A stretch of DNA of 64,000 nucleotides from Pseudomonadota bacterium (GCA_043821645.1 JBDRCO010000003.1:128001-192000), one strand, 5' to 3'. Counted from the first letter of the stretch, positions 47,382-58,411 are shown. Notes: a model not told the origin generated them from the sequence alone. Made by a program: numbers and translations.

Positions 47382-50012
47382 ATGAACGAGAAGTACTTTC
47401 CCCGGGACATCGAGCCCCGCTGGCAGGCCGCCTGGGACGAGGCCTGTGCGTTTCGCGTCGACGACACGCCAGTGGGTGACCGTGCCTATGTGCTGGAGAT
47501 GTTCCCCTACCCCTCGGGCAGCCTGCACATCGGCAACCTGCGCTGCTACGTGATCGGTGACGTGCTCGCGCGCTTCCTGCGCATGCGCGGCAAGCAGGTC
47601 ATGCATCCCATGGGCTTCGACGCGCTCGGTCTGCCTGCCGAGAACGCGGCGATCAAGGACGGCATCGCGCCCGCGGTGCGCACCGAGCAGAACATCGACA
47701 ACGCCAAGCGGCAGATGCGGGCCATGGGGCTCAGCTACGACTGGTCGCGCGAGATCTCGACCCACCGGCCCGAGTACTACCGCTGGAACCAGTGGTTCTT
47801 CCTGCGCTGCCTCGAGCGCGACCTGGTGTACCGGCGCACCGCCTCGGTCAACTGGTGCCCGCGGGACAAGACCGTGCTGGCCAACGAGCAAGTGGTCGAC
47901 GGCTGTTGCGAGCGCTGCAGCACGGCGGTGGTGACCAAGGACATCCCGGTATGGGCCTTTCGCATCACGCGATTCTGCGATGACCTGCTCGCGGGCCTCG
48001 ATGGGCTGAACTGGCCAGATCGCATCGTGACCTCGCAGCGCAACTGGATAGGCAAGAGCCACGGTGCCGAGGTCGATTTCGATATCGAGGGTCGCGAGGA
48101 CGCCATCCGGGTGTTCACCACGCGCATCGATACGATCTTCGGTGCCACCTACCTCGTGCTCGCCCCCGAGCACCCGCTGGTGTCCGAGGTGACCACACCC
48201 GCGCAGAGGAGCGCCGTCGACGCCTTCGTCGAGCGCATGCGGCGAACCGACAAGAACGATCGCACCGACGACACTGCCGTCAAGGAGGGTGTGTTCACCG
48301 GGGCGCAAGTGCGCAATCCCTTCACCGGCGAGCTCATCCCGCTGTGGATCGCCAACTTCGTGCTCGCGGACTACGGCACCGGTGCCGTCATGTCGGTGCC
48401 TGCGCACGATCAGCGCGACTTCGAGTTCGCACGCACGTACAAGCTGCCCATCCGCACCGTCATCCTGGAGCAGGCCGGCGCACGGCTGGACCCCGACAAC
48501 ATGCCGGCGGCCACCTGCGACGACGGCGTGATGGCACACCCCGACGAGATGGGTGGCCCGGACCTGCCCGCGGCGGCCCGGGAGCTGGCCTCGGCCTGCG
48601 CAGGTCAGAGTTCGACCGAGGGCCGCACCTTCTTGACCGATCACGCGGCGACCCAGGGTTTTGGTCAGGGCACGGTCAACTTTCACCTGCGAGACTGGAA
48701 CTTCTCGCGCCAGCGGTACTGGGGCACACCCATACCTGTCGTGTACTGCGATGACTGCGGGACCGTCCCCGTGCCCGATGACCAGTTGCCCGTTGTGTTG
48801 CCTCCCTTCGAGGCCATCGAACTGAAGATGACCGGCACCGCGCCACTGTCCGGCGTCCCAGGTTTTGTGAACACGAGCTGTCCGCATTGTGGCAAGCCGG
48901 CACGCCGGGACGTCGAGACCATGGACACCTTCGTGGACAGTGCCTGGTACTTCGCGCGCTTCCTGTCACCGCACCACGAGACCGCGCCGGTGGCGACGGA
49001 GGCCGCCCACGCCTGGTTGCCCATCGACGTGTACGTCGGCGGACCCGAGCACGCGGTGGGACACCTGATCTACTTCCGGTTCTTCCACCGCATCCTGAAG
49101 GAACTCGGGCTGGTCGAAGGGACCGAACCCGCGCGACGGCTCATCACCCAGGGCATCGTCTACAACCGTGCCCGTCGCTGCAAGGATCATGGGTGGCTGT
49201 TCCCTGCGGATATCGACGCCGATGATTGCTGCAAGACCTGTCACCAGCCCGCCCAGGTGACGACGGAGAAGATGAGCAAGAGCAAGGGCAATGCCGTGTC
49301 ACCGGATCTGCTCATCGAGAACTACGGCGCGGATTGCGCACGGGTCTTCATGCTGTTCGCGGGGCCGCCGCAGAAGGACCTGGAATGGAATGACGCCGGT
49401 GTCGAGGGAGCGTCGCGCTTCTTGCACCGCGTGTGGCGTCTGTTCACCGCGGCGCGCGATCGGGTCGTGGGAGTGGCACCCGCCAGCAGCATGAGCGGGC
49501 TCGAGGGCGCTGACGCCACGGCCCGCAAGGCCCTGCATCGGACACTGGATAAGGTGACCCACGACATCGAGGGACCGCTGCACTACAACACGGCCATCGC
49601 GGCGGTGATGGAACTCGTCAACACCCTTTACGGGTTGGACATGCACACGGCGGCCAGCCAGCTCTCTGCACCGGTGGAGCGCGAGGCACTCGAGGTGCTG
49701 ACCCGACTGCTGTCGCCCTTTGCCCCGCACCTGGCGGAGGAGCTGCACGCGGCCATAGGCGGTCAGGGCATGGCGGCACTGGCGTCCTGGCCCGACGCCG
49801 ACCCCGACGCCCTGGTCCTAGACCAGGTGACCTATGCGGTGCAGGTCAACGGCAAGCTGCGTGGCGACGTGCAGGTGGACGCCGAGGCGGACCAGGCGCA
49901 GGTCGAGAGTGTGGCTCGCGGCGTCGACAAGGTCCGTGCTCACCTCGAGGGCAAGAGCGTGGTCAAGGTGGTGTTCGTGAAGGGCCGACTGCTCAACTTC
50001 GTGGTGCGCTAG
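47382..50012 (+). CDS. leuS: Leucine--tRNA ligase
   Basis: MFPYPSG.LHIGN, GTGAVMSVPAHDQRD editing motif, SRQRYWG, KMSKS, VQVNGKLRG. Confidence 0.97.
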   Translation: MNEKYFPRDIEPRWQAAWDEACAFRVDDTPVGDRAYVLEMFPYPSGSLHIGNLRCYVIGDVLARFLRMRGKQVMHPMGFDALGLPAENAAIKDGIAPAVRTEQNIDNAKRQMRAMGLSYDWSREISTHRPEYYRWNQWFFLRCLERDLVYRRTASVNWCPRDKTVLANEQVVDGCCERCSTAVVTKDIPVWAFRITRFCDDLLAGLDGLNWPDRIVTSQRNWIGKSHGAEVDFDIEGREDAIRVFTTRIDTIFGATYLVLAPEHPLVSEVTTPAQRSAVDAFVERMRRTDKNDRTDDTAVKEGVFTGAQVRNPFTGELIPLWIANFVLADYGTGAVMSVPAHDQRDFEFARTYKLPIRTVILEQAGARLDPDNMPAATCDDGVMAHPDEMGGPDLPAAARELASACAGQSSTEGRTFLTDHAATQGFGQGTVNFHLRDWNFSRQRYWGTPIPVVYCDDCGTVPVPDDQLPVVLPPFEAIELKMTGTAPLSGVPGFVNTSCPHCGKPARRDVETMDTFVDSAWYFARFLSPHHETAPVATEAAHAWLPIDVYVGGPEHAVGHLIYFRFFHRILKELGLVEGTEPARRLITQGIVYNRARRCKDHGWLFPADIDADDCCKTCHQPAQVTTEKMSKSKGNAVSPDLLIENYGADCARVFMLFAGPPQKDLEWNDAGVEGASRFLHRVWRLFTAARDRVVGVAPASSMSGLEGADATARKALHRTLDKVTHDIEGPLHYNTAIAAVMELVNTLYGLDMHTAASQLSAPVEREALEVLTRLLSPFAPHLAEELHAAIGGQGMAALASWPDADPDALVLDQVTYAVQVNGKLRGDVQVDAEADQAQVESVARGVDKVRAHLEGKSVVKVVFVKGRLLNFVVR

Positions 50013-50017
50013 CCGTC

Positions 50018-50560
50018 ATGGTCACGACCGGGCACAGCTCAGCCCTGTGGAGTCGAGCGGGTCTTGTCCTGCTCGGACTGGTGCTGATCTCGAGCTGCGG
50101 CTATCGCTTCGCACGCGGGGGCACCCTGCCCGAGGGTGTGCAGCAGGTGAACGTACTGCCCTTCGTGGACAGGACGGCCGAAGGCGATCTCGGTGCCCAG
50201 GTCGCGGCCTCTGTGCGCAGCCGCATGCGCGAGATCGATCCCCGGCGGGTGGCTGGTCTCGGCGCCAGGGGCGTGGCCCGTCTCGTGGGCAGCGTCGAGC
50301 GCGTCAACCAGTCGACGGTGCCCATGGGGCGCGGCGGCTATGTGGTGCCGGGGCTCTACCAGCTCTCCATCGAGGCGCGGGCGCGCATCGAGTCACCCAC
50401 CGGCCGTGTCCTCGACGATCTCGGCAGTTTCACCGAGGGCATCGAGTACCCCGTGGAGACGGGCCTGGCCACTGCCGAGGAATCGCGGCGGCGTGCCCTG
50501 GTCCGGGCATCCCGCGCACTGGGGAGCCGCATCGCCGAGGCCGCGCTGTTTCGATTCTGA
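50018..50560 (+). CDS. lptE: LPS assembly lipoprotein LptE
   Basis: Lipobox SSCGYRF; size, and position directly after leuS. Confidence 0.7.
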   Translation: MVTTGHSSALWSRAGLVLLGLVLISSCGYRFARGGTLPEGVQQVNVLPFVDRTAEGDLGAQVAASVRSRMREIDPRRVAGLGARGVARLVGSVERVNQSTVPMGRGGYVVPGLYQLSIEARARIESPTGRVLDDLGSFTEGIEYPVETGLATAEESRRRALVRASRALGSRIAEAALFRF

Positions 50561-50603
50561 ACCGTTGCTTGCGAGCGCGCCCTGGCGCGTTTACCGTGGC
50601 CCC

Positions 50604-51686
50604 ATGTCCGACGTCGCGCAGCAGACGAGTTCGGGTGCCGACATGGCTCCGCGGTTCGAGGGCGGGCGAGGTGAGGCACGGCACCGCGTCATTGTCGAAC
50701 TCCTGGGTGAGCCGCAACAGACGTCTGGTGTCCTGGGCTTCGTCCAGGCTCTGCGTCGCGAGACCGCGCGGGACTGGGAACGCCACGTCGAACCGCTCAT
50801 CGAGCTGCACTGGCCCCAGGTGCGCAGCACACCCTTCTACGCCAAGTTCAAGATCGGTGCCCAGCAGGTCTACGCGCCAGCTCCCTACACGGTGATGCTG
50901 CTGTCGCGACGACGGCCTGTGATGCTGCGTCTGCTGCTCGGCCTGTGCGCAGGGCTGCATCTCGGCGGCGCATTCATCGCGCGCGCCCTCTGCCTCCTGG
51001 TTCCCCTGTACGCGCGGTTGTTCATGACCGTCGAGAGCCGGCGCATCGCGCTCATGGCGGCCTTCATTGCTGCGGTCGATGAAGCCTTTGACCACCACCT
51101 GGAGCACCTCCCGGCGGTCGAGCGGCCAGGCGTGCTGCGCGCGATCCTGGAGGGCACAGCCGAGCCCTCCTCGCCCCCGCTGAAGCTCGTCCAGGCCCTC
51201 CGCATGGCCATGAACGAGGGCACCAGCGTCGAGGAAGCTGCCGAGCTCAGCCAGGCCATCGAGGGCTGTTGCCGCTGGGGTGAGGCCGAAATGCGGCGCG
51301 CACTGCGCCAGCACGACACCGAGGGCCTGTGCCACCGGGGCGAGGGAATTCGCAACGGCATCAACGGCCTGGCCTGGACCGTGCGGCGCTACATCTCTGA
51401 GGTCGAGTGGCAGTGGATGTTCGACGTCAGTTGCTTCATCCAGATGCTCGACGACTGGGTCGATCTCGAGAAGGACCTGGCCGACGACGTGTGGACCCCC
51501 GTCGCCGATGGAATCTGGAACCTCGACACCATCCGCGACAGCTTCGAACGCACGTCGCGCACGGTGGTGGACATCGCGCGCGCTCACGGGGAGCCGTACG
51601 ACCCATACCTGTCTCTGATCGAAGAGGGCTATCGCGAGCAGGTGCGAGACCTTCTTCAGAACATGGTGCGGGGAGTGGCCGCCTGA
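50604..51686 (+). CDS. Class I isoprenoid synthase (prenyltransferase/terpene synthase)-like protein
   Basis: Two Asp-rich motifs, VDEAFD (51078-51092) and FIQMLDDWVDLEKD (about 51435-51476); all-helical composition; hydrophobic segment before motif 1. Confidence 0.6.
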   Translation: MSDVAQQTSSGADMAPRFEGGRGEARHRVIVELLGEPQQTSGVLGFVQALRRETARDWERHVEPLIELHWPQVRSTPFYAKFKIGAQQVYAPAPYTVMLLSRRRPVMLRLLLGLCAGLHLGGAFIARALCLLVPLYARLFMTVESRRIALMAAFIAAVDEAFDHHLEHLPAVERPGVLRAILEGTAEPSSPPLKLVQALRMAMNEGTSVEEAAELSQAIEGCCRWGEAEMRRALRQHDTEGLCHRGEGIRNGINGLAWTVRRYISEVEWQWMFDVSCFIQMLDDWVDLEKDLADDVWTPVADGIWNLDTIRDSFERTSRTVVDIARAHGEPYDPYLSLIEEGYREQVRDLLQNMVRGVAA

Positions 51687-51825
51687 GGCGATCCCCTCGC
51701 TGGACCCTGCCCGCAGCTCGCTATCTCGTCGAGTTCGTGCGCAAGCCGGCGCCCTTGCAGGGTGCGCGTGTTGCCTTGGCGCCGATGCAGCAGCGACGAG
51801 GGTGTGGTTCACCGGCCCCGCGTGC

Positions 51826-54105
51826 TCAGCGCCGGGGAAGGCCGAAAGCCCCCAGCTTCACCAGCGCTGGCACCAGCAAGAGCACCACGGCCAGGGCCAC
51901 CAGCAGGCATCCCGGGAGCAGGGTGCCGAAGATGCGCGACGTGAAATACGAGGCGAGCGAGAGCGGCGCAAAGCCCGCCACCAGGATCACCGAGGTGATG
52001 ACGATGGCTCGACCCGCGTAGGCGAAGCTGGCCTCGATGGCCCGGTCGACGTCCGGAGCGCGCCCCAGCTCGCGGCGAAGCCGCAGCAGAAAGTGGATGG
52101 TGTCGTCGACACCGATGCCGATGGCGACCAGGCAGACGATGTACGCGTCGGAGTCGACCGGATTCCAGACCCAGCCCAGGGTCCCGAGCAAGACCAGCAG
52201 GGGCAACACGTTGGGGACCATGGACCACAGGCCAGCACGGATCGAGCGCAGTGCGAGGATCATCATGGCCAGGATGGTGGCGAGGGCGAACAGCAGCGCG
52301 TTGCGCTGACCCGCGACCAGGGTGTCGAGCCAGCCACCAAGAAGAAAGGTCAGACCTGTGACCTCGACCTGGGCCTCCGCGCCCAGGAATTGTCTGGCAC
52401 GGGTGGCGACCTGCCGCCCGAGAACATGGGTCGCCAGCACGCCCTGGTCCTGGATGCGCAGGTGAAGCCGCAGCACGCGGCGGCCATCGTCGAGAACGCT
52501 GCGTAGCATCCCGTCGTCGGCCATCTCCAGCAGCAGCAGGATCTGGGCGGTGGCTTCTGCGGACGTCGGGATCTCGCTCTCGCTGCCGAGAGCCCGGCTC
52601 GCCTGGCGCAGCGGATCGACGACGGACAGCACGCGGTCGACGCCCGGGAGGTCGCTCAGGTCCTCCTGGAGCCTGGCCACACGTCGCAGGAATCCTGGTT
52701 CGGAGGCCCCACCATCGACGCCGCTATCCACGAAGACGTCGAGGCTGCCCACACCCGCGAAGTTCTCCTGCAGAAAACGCTGGCTCTTTCTGAGGGGACT
52801 GTCCTCGCCCAGGCGGCGCGCAAAGTCTGTCTCGATGTGAATCTGCAGCAGGCCGGCGACGGACAGGCCGGCGAGCGCCGTGAACACCAGCACCAGCAGT
52901 CGCGGTCTGGTGCGCGCCAGACTGGCGCTGACATGCAGCAGGCGATCGATAGACCGAAGGGGTGCTGCACCACCGTCACCCTGAGCGGGGCTCGGCGCGG
53001 GAAGCAGGCTGAACAGGACCGGGCACAGGGCCAGCGCGAGCAGCAGCGAGACGGCCACCCCGAAGCCCATCAATACCCCGGACTGGCGGAACACGGGCGC
53101 CGGCACCAGAGCCATGGATGCAAAACCTGCAAAGGTGGTCAGCGAGGTGTACAGGCAGGCTTCGCCCACCTCGGCGCCCGCTCGTTCAATGGCCTCGGTC
53201 TTGGTGCTGCTGCGGGAGAGCTCGTGGAGGTAGGCCCCACACATGTGAACGACATCTGAGCAGGCGATGATGAGAATGAAGATGGGGCACAGGGCCATGA
53301 ACACGTCGATCTGTCCGTACAGCAGCACGCCAAAGCCTAGGGTCCACAGCACACCGAGCATCGACACCAGGCCCGTGATCAGCACAGGCCACGCGCGCCG
53401 GAACAGGCCAAGCATGGTGAGCAGCAGCACCACCGCGACCAGGGGGAGCAGGCGTGTCAGGTTGAACAGGGTCGCGCTCATGATGTCCGCGAGCACCGCG
53501 ACCCAACCCGCGCGGTAGAGCCGCTCAGTCGCGAAGCCCTGCGCCGTGAGCACGCCGAGCACCTCGTGCACCAGCAGGGGGTAGAGCTCGACGGTGCGCT
53601 GCTCGTCACGTCGCAGCTCGACGATCAGTGCTGCGTGGCGGCAGTCCTTCGAGATCAGCAAGCCGTGCACGTCCGGGCGCTCACAGGCCAGCTGCAGCTG
53701 TTCCCGCGTCGTGGAGGGATCCCCACGGGCCAGCACCTGCTCCAGATTTTGCACCACCAGGGCGCCGTCCTGATCCCGGACCTCTCCTGAGTCGAGGATG
53801 GTCACCACCCGGCCGATATCTGGCATTGCACGCAGGGTGCGAACAGCGTCGGCGAGCCTCGCTCTCTCGGAAGCCAGACCCAGGTCCAGGTCCGCGATGG
53901 CGATCAGCAGCACCTCGTCGTTGCCGAAGTGCTGCGCACGCTCGACGTAGGAGTGGTAGGCGGGGCTCTCGCCCAGGAACAGACCACCGATGGTGGACGC
54001 GATGGTGGCCCGGGATACCATCCATGCGGCGGAGGCGCTGATGCCGACGACGGCGGCGAGGATCGCGACCCGCCATCGCAGCATGAAGCGGACGAATCGG
54101 ATCAC
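51826..54105 (-). CDS. MMPL/RND family lipid transporter
   Basis: Two TM repeats with periplasmic loops; ACSDVVH and GIGVDDTIHF motifs; TSLTTFAGF. Confidence 0.9.
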   Translation of the reverse strand: MIRFVRFMLRWRVAILAAVVGISASAAWMVSRATIASTIGGLFLGESPAYHSYVERAQHFGNDEVLLIAIADLDLGLASERARLADAVRTLRAMPDIGRVVTILDSGEVRDQDGALVVQNLEQVLARGDPSTTREQLQLACERPDVHGLLISKDCRHAALIVELRRDEQRTVELYPLLVHEVLGVLTAQGFATERLYRAGWVAVLADIMSATLFNLTRLLPLVAVVLLLTMLGLFRRAWPVLITGLVSMLGVLWTLGFGVLLYGQIDVFMALCPIFILIIACSDVVHMCGAYLHELSRSSTKTEAIERAGAEVGEACLYTSLTTFAGFASMALVPAPVFRQSGVLMGFGVAVSLLLALALCPVLFSLLPAPSPAQGDGGAAPLRSIDRLLHVSASLARTRPRLLVLVFTALAGLSVAGLLQIHIETDFARRLGEDSPLRKSQRFLQENFAGVGSLDVFVDSGVDGGASEPGFLRRVARLQEDLSDLPGVDRVLSVVDPLRQASRALGSESEIPTSAEATAQILLLLEMADDGMLRSVLDDGRRVLRLHLRIQDQGVLATHVLGRQVATRARQFLGAEAQVEVTGLTFLLGGWLDTLVAGQRNALLFALATILAMMILALRSIRAGLWSMVPNVLPLLVLLGTLGWVWNPVDSDAYIVCLVAIGIGVDDTIHFLLRLRRELGRAPDVDRAIEASFAYAGRAIVITSVILVAGFAPLSLASYFTSRIFGTLLPGCLLVALAVVLLLVPALVKLGAFGLPRR

Positions 54106-54214
54106 CGGATCACTCCCGACCCCTCAACGCTCAGGGTCGCAGCCACGAGGCATCTGCGCGCCGACCTGGGTACCAGGGTCAAGGAACCGCATGGGAACCC
54201 GCGCGGCGTTTCAA

Positions 54215-55348
54215 TCAGCCAAAGAGAATGCTCTGCCGCGTCGCCAGCTGAGCATTGAGCATGTCCTGGATGCGCTCGCGTACCTGCTCGGTGATGCTGT
54301 TGACCAGGGCGATGTCCTGGCAGTCCTGCTCGGCGTAGCGCGACATCTCGAGGGGTTCACCAAAGGTCACCTGCCACTTCGTGGGCAGGGGCAGCACGCC
54401 GAGGACGCCGAGCCAGGGGAAGGTCGGTGTGATCGGGAGATAGGGCACACCCAGGGTCTTGACCAGCCGGGTGATCTTCCCCAGCAGGGGATAGATCTCC
54501 TCGGAGCCGATGACGGCTGCCGGCACGATGGGGCTGCCTGTTCTCATGGCGAGCTTGACGAAGCCGCCCCGGCCAAAGCGCTGCAGCTTGTAACGATCGC
54601 GGTACAGCTTGCCCAGGCCCTTCTGACCCTCGGGGAAGACCACCACGAGTTGATCCTGCTTGAGCAGACGCTCGGCGTTGTCCTGGTCCGCGCGCACGCC
54701 ACCCAGGCGCCCCATCGCCAGACCAACGAAGGGTGCGTGCCACACCGCGTCCTCGACCAGCGCGCGCACCTGGCGTCCCGAGGGCTGGGACCGACGCAAA
54801 CCCGTCATCAGCATCAGCGCGTCCAGCGGTAGCGAGCCTGCGTGGTTCGCTACCACGAGCGCCCGACCCTGGTCGGGCACCGCCTCCGCCATGCTCAGGC
54901 CGACCCGGAAATACTCCTCGTAGAGAAAGCGCAGCAGTGGCTCGGCGCGCGCCAGGGCCTGCCCGCTCATGCCGAAATGATCCATGTTGTCGTCGTGCCA
55001 GCTGTCCTCCCGCAGCGACGCGACGGCCGGCGACCCGGCCAGCCCAGGGCTCGCGGTCTGCCCCACCCGCGCCCGGCGCGCAGCCTGGGCTTCGCGCACC
55101 ACACCCGCGACGGCCTTGCGGGAGCTTGCCGAGAGGGCTTCGCTTCGGGTCCGCGTCTTGCGCTTTGAAGCCCGGGCCGCGGTGCGCGCGGAGGCCGTGG
55201 TGCTCCCGGCCCTGGCAGGCTTGGCGCCGTCCGGACGGTCCTTCTTCGACGAGGTCCCGGCGGTCATGTCGAGGTCGCTGTGCGTGGCTGCAGGCGTGCC
55301 CTGGGCCAGGGTTTCAAAGGGATTGCGGCCGAGGACGCTGCTGCTCAT
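54215..55348 (-). CDS. Lysophospholipid acyltransferase family protein with an N-terminal extension
   Basis: VANHAGSLPLD, VFPEG..G.GKLY..RY.LQRFGRGGF, PLPTKW. Confidence 0.9.
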   Translation of the reverse strand: MSSSVLGRNPFETLAQGTPAATHSDLDMTAGTSSKKDRPDGAKPARAGSTTASARTAARASKRKTRTRSEALSASSRKAVAGVVREAQAARRARVGQTASPGLAGSPAVASLREDSWHDDNMDHFGMSGQALARAEPLLRFLYEEYFRVGLSMAEAVPDQGRALVVANHAGSLPLDALMLMTGLRRSQPSGRQVRALVEDAVWHAPFVGLAMGRLGGVRADQDNAERLLKQDQLVVVFPEGQKGLGKLYRDRYKLQRFGRGGFVKLAMRTGSPIVPAAVIGSEEIYPLLGKITRLVKTLGVPYLPITPTFPWLGVLGVLPLPTKWQVTFGEPLEMSRYAEQDCQDIALVNSITEQVRERIQDMLNAQLATRQSILFG

Positions 55349-55443
55349 GGTCATTCCTGTCGCTGTCTCAAAAGCATGCCACCGCGGCTCCGGCGCGGCC
55401 CCTCGGGGGTCACCCGCCTCGTGGATGGCGGTCGCGCTCACCC

Positions 55444-56454
55444 TCACGTCGTGAGTCCCACCCCATCCTCGCCACTGGTATGCGGTCGACCGCGCGAACC
55501 CCTCGCGAAGTCGTCAATGGTCTCGCGCGAGCGATGTCCGGGGCGAAAACCCAGAACCTCCCGGGCCCGGTGCCCGTCGCCGAGCCACACATAGCGCAGG
55601 TAGTCCAGGAAGCCCGGCGGTGTCATGTTGACCTGGGCCGTCCACAGGGCACCGAGGATGGCATTGGCCAGAGGAAGCGGCAGGGGTACCGCCCGGGCGT
55701 GCAGGCGCTCGACGGCCTGGCCCAGGGTGAGGACGTCGTCGGGCACGATGTTGAAGGCCCCGCCGGGGACTTTTTCCACTGCAAGCTGCAGTGCATGCGC
55801 GGCGTCGTCCTCGTGCAGGAACTGCATGGGCGGATCGAAGCCAAGCAGGGTGTGCACCACCGGCCGCCGCAGGATGCGGGTCCAGTAATTGTCGATGCTG
55901 CTGCCCAGGGTGGGGGCCATGCGCAGGACGGTCACGGTGGTGCCGTCACAGTTCTGGGCGTGGCTGGCAAGCTGCTGCTCGGCATCGACCTTGTCCGACA
56001 CCCAGCGGCTGCGCTGCGCTCCGAGGAGGGGCCGTTCCTCTCCCAGAAGCTGGGGGTTCTGTGGATGGGCGCCGTAGCACATGGTCGTCGATAGGGCGAC
56101 CACGTGCGGTACCCGAGCCCGGGCGCAGGCATTGAGCATGTACATCGTGCCTATGCTCTCGAGCTCGTGAGCCCAGGCCTGCTGGTGCACCGGGCGGCTG
56201 AGGTACGCGAGGTGAACCACGGTGTCGATGGCTTCCCGTTCCAGCATGCCCGCCAGCACCACATCGGCCGCGGGCTCGGTGAGATCGATATGCTCGTAGC
56301 GCACCTCGACAGCGCCGGGACCCGGCCTCCGCACGTCCAGACCGAGCAGGTGCTTGTACCGTGGATCGCCACGCAGGATGCCGAGCAGCCGCTGCCCGAA
56401 AAAAGACAGCGCGCCGATGACAGCGACCCGTCTCCCGTCGCCGGACGTGCTCAT
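55444..56454 (-). CDS. NAD-dependent epimerase/dehydratase family protein
   Basis: VIGALSFFG, VVHLA, STTMCYG, QFLHEDD, GAFNI. Confidence 0.88.
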   Translation of the reverse strand: MSTSGDGRRVAVIGALSFFGQRLLGILRGDPRYKHLLGLDVRRPGPGAVEVRYEHIDLTEPAADVVLAGMLEREAIDTVVHLAYLSRPVHQQAWAHELESIGTMYMLNACARARVPHVVALSTTMCYGAHPQNPQLLGEERPLLGAQRSRWVSDKVDAEQQLASHAQNCDGTTVTVLRMAPTLGSSIDNYWTRILRRPVVHTLLGFDPPMQFLHEDDAAHALQLAVEKVPGGAFNIVPDDVLTLGQAVERLHARAVPLPLPLANAILGALWTAQVNMTPPGFLDYLRYVWLGDGHRAREVLGFRPGHRSRETIDDFARGSRGRPHTSGEDGVGLTT

Positions 56455-56514
56455 GTTGCGCGCTCCCCCGACCTGGTGGCCGGCCGTCGGTGGCCGGATC
56501 GTGAACCCGTCTCC

Positions 56515-56588
56515 TTCGTAGTCCTGCCCCACGACGCTGTCAACGCCGGGTCATCGCCGTCGACAGCCCCTTCTCCTTTGGGTATGGT
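56515..56588. promoter_or_regulatory. Back-to-back divergent sigma70-type promoters
   Basis: Minus strand TTGACA (56543-56538)-N17-TACGAA; plus strand TCGACA (56560)-N17-TATGGT (56583). Confidence 0.45.
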
Positions 56589-56637
56589 GCCGCGGCGTCG
56601 ACGTGCACCGGCATGAAGTGGCGCCAGGAGAGATCAG

Positions 56638-57075
56638 ATGATCAAGCTCGCAGTGGGATTCGTGGCCGGGTTTGGGCTCGCCCTTGGCTTGGTGTACCTC
56701 AACGTGCTCACACCAGGGGCAGTGCGCAGCGTCGCCGCCAACCCGCAGCAGGGTGTCAACCAGGTCGCGGACAACATGGTGCAGCAGGTCAAGGAGGGCG
56801 CCAAGAACCTCCGCACCAACGGCGAGGCGGCGGCCATGGTCACGGGTAAGACCACCCAGGAGGCGGTCTGTCGTCGAGAAGGACTGTCCACGCGGCATGT
56901 CTGCCGCACCCGGGAAGGCACCATCTACCGCGTCATGGGTGACGAGGTGGTGCTGTACAAGGGGGACCTGGCGACCCTGGACCCGGATCTGTCGGACTGG
57001 GCCAAGCAGGCCTTTGATGAGATTCTGAGCGCTGCCGCCAAGGAAGCGAGGCCGGCTCCTGCCCCAGCCAAGTAG
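56638..57075 (+). CDS. Hypothetical membrane-anchored/exported protein
   Basis: AGGAG SD; N-terminal hydrophobic helix; Cys pair. Confidence 0.75.
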   Translation: MIKLAVGFVAGFGLALGLVYLNVLTPGAVRSVAANPQQGVNQVADNMVQQVKEGAKNLRTNGEAAAMVTGKTTQEAVCRREGLSTRHVCRTREGTIYRVMGDEVVLYKGDLATLDPDLSDWAKQAFDEILSAAAKEARPAPAPAK

Positions 57076-57225
57076 CCCGCCGCAGGCCGTTCTGGCTTGC
57101 CGTCTGCCACGCGAATATGCCATAGGACAAAGTTCCGCGTCCTGGCCTGCTGTGCATCACATCTCTGAGGTGGTGGCGGCGGGTCTGTACGGACACGACA
57201 CAGGAGAGGAGGGTTCGACTTTACG

Positions 57226-57930
<705 letters not shown>

Positions 57931-57967
57931 CATCCTGCGGCGCAGCCGCGCCGGGATGGTCTTTCTC
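57931..57967 (+). terminator. Hairpin after infC (possible terminator or leader element)
   Basis: CATCC..GCGGC-gca-GCCGC..GGATG followed by the pyrimidine-rich GTCTTTCT. Confidence 0.35.
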
Positions 57968-58136
57968 CCTCTCCCACATCTTTGCCTTTGCAAGCTCAGA
58001 TGCGTCTGATATTGCCGCGGTTCACAATTGCGCTTGCCGGCACTGGCCGGGAGCGTCCCCGGGCCGGCCCCCCAAGTGCGGACCCGCTGATCGAGGTCGA
58101 CAGCGGGAACGCCGCCGCGTTCGGGCGGAGGACGAG

Positions 58137-58340
58137 ATGGCTGGAGTGAAGATGAAGACCAAGCGCGCCGCGGCCAAGCGCTTCTCGGTCACGGGTTCTG
58201 GTCGCATCAAGCGCAACGCGGCCAAGCGCCGCCACATCCTGTCTCACAAGAGCCGCAAGCTGAAGCGGCACCTGAGGCAGGACAAGTACATCGCGGCGGT
58301 GGACGAGCGCCAGGTGCGCCGGCTGATCCCGTATCTATGA
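58137..58340 (+). CDS. rpmI: 50S ribosomal protein L35
   Basis: [16 protein letters not shown]...HILSHK. Confidence 0.97.
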   Translation: MAGVKMKTKRAAAKRFSVTGSGRIKRNAAKRRHILSHKSRKLKRHLRQDKYIAAVDERQVRRLIPYL

Positions 58341-58411
58341 ATCAACCATGACGGGTGCAGGACACCGCGCCGGTTCGACCGCGCGCACCCACCCGATTCA
58401 GGAGTAGACCC

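Noticed and set aside
57195..57225. GGGTTCGACT resembling a tRNA T-loop
   Set aside because: No cloverleaf, acceptor stem or CCA; it is the infC ribosome-binding region.
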